Shown here: in pieces, positions 16,863-20,000 of the stretch
Numbering within the stretch: position 1 is the first letter of the stretch
Layout: every line of letters starts with the position of its first letter
IMG/VR virus record: IMGVR_UViG_3300030118_002929
Direction: 5' to 3' (one strand)
DNA: 20,000 bases
Source of the DNA: an uncultured virus (IMG/VR IMGVR_UViG_3300030118_002929)
Lineage: Duplodnaviria > Heunggongvirae > Uroviricota > Caudoviricetes
Notes under the pieces: generated by a model
What the model was told of the DNA's origin: nothing
Database searches by the model: none
The model's input: only the letters and a program-made list of their open reading frames with translations
Made by a program: the position numbers and the translations under genes

Positions 16863-19800
16863 ATGACTATAAAATTCACAGACCTTTCTAAAAGGTTATC
16901 AGAGCAAAAAAGCGACACAGTTGTTTTTGCATTCGGTAGGTTCAATCCTCCTACCATAGGACACGAAAAACTTTTCAAAAAAGTTGAAAGTGAAGGAAAG
17001 AGAGCAAAAGACCATTTTGTCTATGCATCTCATTCTGAAGATAACAAAAAAAATCCACTTAATCCACGATTAAAGCAGAGAATACTGAAAAAGGCATTCC
17101 CACGAAACAATGTGGTTATCTCCTCGAAACAAATGCCTACTGCTCTTCACATTGCATCCGCATTGTATGAAAAAGGTTATAAAAACCTAGTGATGGTTGC
17201 AGGTAGTGATAGAGTACAAGAATTTAAAAAATTACTAGACAGATACAACAACGAAAAATCAAGACATGGTTTTTACAACTATGAAACTATTAATGTTGTA
17301 TCATCAGGTGAAAGAGATGCCGATGCTGAAGATGTATCAGGTGCATCAGGAACTAAAATGAGAATGTATGCCGCTAAAGGCGACTACGAAAGTTTTAAAA
17401 AATATTCACCTAGCAAATTATCAGATAGAGAAGTCAAACAAACTTTTGATGCAGTAAGAAAAGCATTACCTAATTTACAAGCAACAATGAACTTTCCTGT
17501 TATTAGTGTAAGAGAGCAATATCTCTTAGGCGAACTATTTAATGTAGGAGATATTATTGTTGATTTAAACGAAGAACAAGAATACGAAATCGTAGAGCAA
17601 GGTCCTAATTTTGTTTATGTTAAAGATGAACAAGGTACAGTATATACAAAATGGTTAACTGATATATCGGAGAAGAAAAAAGATGACGAAAAAGACCGAA
17701 CTGAAATACCCCAAGATAGAGATATCAAAGATAAGAAAGGTACCCAACCTGCGAAATATTACAAAGGAATGTCCAAGTCAACAAAAGATGCCAGACATGC
17801 ATTCTTTAAGAAACAAGATAAATCACCAGATAGCGACCCCTCAACTTACAAACCAGCACCTGGCGATGCTACAGGAAAAACAAAACCTTCAAAGCACACT
17901 AAGAAATTTAAACAAATGTTCGGCGATGAAAGTATACCAGAAAAATCAAATCCTAGGATACCTAGAAAACCAGGTCAACCAGCAAACAGTAAAAAACACT
18001 CAGACTTATACACCGATGAAAATCCTAAAGGAACTATTCAAGGTCTCGGTTTCAAAGATGTCGAAACTGCAAAAGCAAGTGTAAACAAAATAGAAAAATC
18101 TGGTAAGACACATGCTCATAAAATTCAAGCGGCAATCGCCATGGAACAAAGAGCAAAAGTCATGGGTAAAAAAGCAGAGGCGGCAGTATATAGAGAATAT
18201 ATCGAGAAGATGAAAAAGAAAACCAAAGAGATGCAAAAAGAAAGTCTTTGGGATAATATTCGTAAAAAGAGAGAAAGAATTAAAAGAGGTTCAGGCGAGA
18301 AGATGAGAAAAGTTGGTGACAAAGGTGCACCAACACCAGCACAAATGCAAAGAGCAAAAGCGGCGAGTGAAGATACAGATGAAGATTTAGATAAGTTCAT
18401 AAAAGACTTAGAAGATAATACACCTAACGAAAAACAATTCGATGAGAAAGCACCTAATACTGCAGATGCTATGAAAAGATATAAATCAGGCAAAGCAGGA
18501 TTTACAGATATCGCACATTTAAAAGCAAAAGGTTTAATTAAAAGAGCAGACGGCACTAAAAAGAAGTCACCTAAGTATGAAGAAGTAAACGAAGACTTTG
18601 GTCATTATCCGGCGCAGGCATCTGATGCAAAGTCAAAGAATAAAGATGATTGGGTTGCTGGTGATCCTGATGCTGATTACACCGTACAAGGTTTCAATGG
18701 TTCAAATGCTGGTGCAGTTCTTGATGCACTAAACAAGCAAGTTGAAAATGAACGTGGACTTACACTTAAAAGTTTTATTGATAGACAAGAAATCACAGAA
18801 AGAAGTTTAACACCTGACGAAAAGAAAAAATTAAGAAAATATGAAAAAGATGTGCCTATGAAAGATTTCATAGACAGATATGGTAAAGACGAAGGTCCTT
18901 CAATCTATTATGCTACAATTACTAAAATGGCAAAAGGTGAAGAAGTTGACTTAGAAGAACTACCTAAAGGCACATATTTAAGAAAAGATCCTAAATTACC
19001 TAATCTTAAAATACAAGTTAAGAGAAGAAGAGGTAAGATTATTAAAAGTAATTTTGCAGAATTTGTTGAGAGTTATGAGATAGGTAAAGATTACGCAAAG
19101 CATACTGCAGATATGACACCTGGTCAAAATTACAAAGAGATTATGGGTGAGAAGAAATCTAAAGTAAAATTAAAAGTAGCAAACATAGACGATTTGTATG
19201 AAGATGAATACGATGATAATCCTGCAGACGATCCACCATCAATAGATTCCTATGATGAACCTATACCTTATGGTGAACCTATCGAAGTACCTGATACTGC
19301 AGACTTAGAAAAAGAATTATTTAAGCAAGTAGATAAGATAGATGACTTAGAAGACATTGCATATCTTTATCAAGAAGATGATGATGCAGAGTTTGTTGAT
19401 GAAAAAGATTTTCTAGCGGCGGCACTAACACCTTCTCAAAGATTTAAGAGAGCGGCGATTATGAAAAGACTAGCAAAGAAAATTGCTAGACGAAGAGCAT
19501 TAGCATTAAAAAGACCATCTTCAAATGAAAAGTTAAAACAGAAATCAAGAAAACATGCTATTAACTTATTGCGTAAAAAGTTTGCTAGAGGTAAACCTTA
19601 TAACGAATTAGGTTTTGCACAAAGGGCGAGAATAGATGATATCATTCGAAAAAAATCAGCAGTAGTTGGTAAGATTGCAGTTAGACTACTTCCTAAAATT
19701 AAAAAGATGGAAATGGAAAGAATTGCATCGAACAGAAAATCACAAGCAAAAACTGAAGAAGTTCAGTTCGAACAGATAAATCTTAAATCATTCTTAGGTG

Positions 19801-20000
19801 AGGCATTCGACCAAGGTATCAACGCACCTGACCAAGATAGCGAAGATTTAAATAAACTTGTTACCTTCTTGCAAAGTATAAGAGGTGATGAGTTAGTAAT
19901 GGTTGCAAACGAAAAAGGTAAAGTAAAAATACGAAGATCCTTTGAAGGTGATAAAGAAAAGATAGATGACTTTATTGAAAAAGAAGGATTAAAGATTAAT
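16863..20000 (+). CDS. large multidomain protein with N-terminal cytidylyltransferase-family (HIGH) nucleotidyltransferase domain; runs off the window
   Basis: Hand-translated: ATG at 16863, no stop in 1046 codons. Motifs FGRFNPPTIGH, KNPL, VAGSDR, SGTKMR, followed by many small modules. Not in the ORF track because it has no stop. Confidence 0.88.
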   Translation, partial: MTIKFTDLSKRLSEQKSDTVVFAFGRFNPPTIGHEKLFKKVESEGKRAKDHFVYASHSEDNKKNPLNPRLKQRILKKAFPRNNVVISSKQMPTALHIASALYEKGYKNLVMVAGSDRVQEFKKLLDRYNNEKSRHGFYNYETINVVSSGERDADAEDVSGASGTKMRMYAAKGDYESFKKYSPSKLSDREVKQTFDAVRKALPNLQATMNFPVISVREQYLLGELFNVGDIIVDLNEEQEYEIVEQGPNFVYVKDEQGTVYTKWLTDISEKKKDDEKDRTEIPQDRDIKDKKGTQPAKYYKGMSKSTKDARHAFFKKQDKSPDSDPSTYKPAPGDATGKTKPSKHTKKFKQMFGDESIPEKSNPRIPRKPGQPANSKKHSDLYTDENPKGTIQGLGFKDVETAKASVNKIEKSGKTHAHKIQAAIAMEQRAKVMGKKAEAAVYREYIEKMKKKTKEMQKESLWDNIRKKRERIKRGSGEKMRKVGDKGAPTPAQMQRAKAASEDTDEDLDKFIKDLEDNTPNEKQFDEKAPNTADAMKRYKSGKAGFTDIAHLKAKGLIKRADGTKKKSPKYEEVNEDFGHYPAQASDAKSKNKDDWVAGDPDADYTVQGFNGSNAGAVLDALNKQVENERGLTLKSFIDRQEITERSLTPDEKKKLRKYEKDVPMKDFIDRYGKDEGPSIYYATITKMAKGEEVDLEELPKGTYLRKDPKLPNLKIQVKRRRGKIIKSNFAEFVESYEIGKDYAKHTADMTPGQNYKEIMGEKKSKVKLKVANIDDLYEDEYDDNPADDPPSIDSYDEPIPYGEPIEVPDTADLEKELFKQVDKIDDLEDIAYLYQEDDDAEFVDEKDFLAAALTPSQRFKRAAIMKRLAKKIARRRALALKRPSSNEKLKQKSRKHAINLLRKKFARGKPYNELGFAQRARIDDIIRKKSAVVGKIAVRLLPKIKKMEMERIASNRKSQAKTEEVQFEQINLKSFLGEAFDQGINAPDQDSEDLNKLVTFLQSIRGDELVMVANEKGKVKIRRSFEGDKEKIDDFIEKEGLKIN

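Noticed and set aside
17683..18084. 133-aa + strand ORF
   Set aside because: Out-of-frame overlap inside the continuous 16863-20000 ORF
3197..18871. All minus-strand ORFs in the track
   Set aside because: Each lies antisense to a well-supported + strand gene, with no recognisable motifs
1..20000. tRNA, CRISPR array, stop-codon recoding
   Set aside because: Intergenic spaces are short with no cloverleaf or repeat-spacer pattern; core genes translate full length in the standard code

Overview
This is a 20-kb, AT-rich (roughly 30% GC by eye) segment of a T4-like myophage. It resembles marine T4-like viruses of proteobacteria, and every credible gene is on the + strand. Gene order: zincin/VWA protein and MoxR-type AAA+ ('CobT/CobS'), small HTH, DUF3310-like, gp45, gp44, 2OG-Fe(II) oxygenase, gp62, regA, second 2OG-Fe(II) oxygenase, Hsp20, two small ORFs, gp43, uvsX, gp40-like, gp41, two hypotheticals, a ligase-motif (DUF6267-like) protein, and a 1046-codon or longer ORF (16863 to window end) that the ORF track misses. 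Main observations: (1) the terminal ORF looks like a head-packaged polyprotein, with a HIGH-family nucleotidyltransferase followed by small modules separated by prohead-protease-type x-x-E sites, next to a ligase-like protein with a similar N-terminal tag; (2) RGCY and GCWGC appear absent, and GATC/GANTC occur only where they overlap a GG/CC, which hints at a context-specific DNA modification; (3) a ROSE-like RNA thermometer precedes hsp20; (4) a full IHF consensus site precedes the first promoter. All motif counts were made by eye and no database searches were run.
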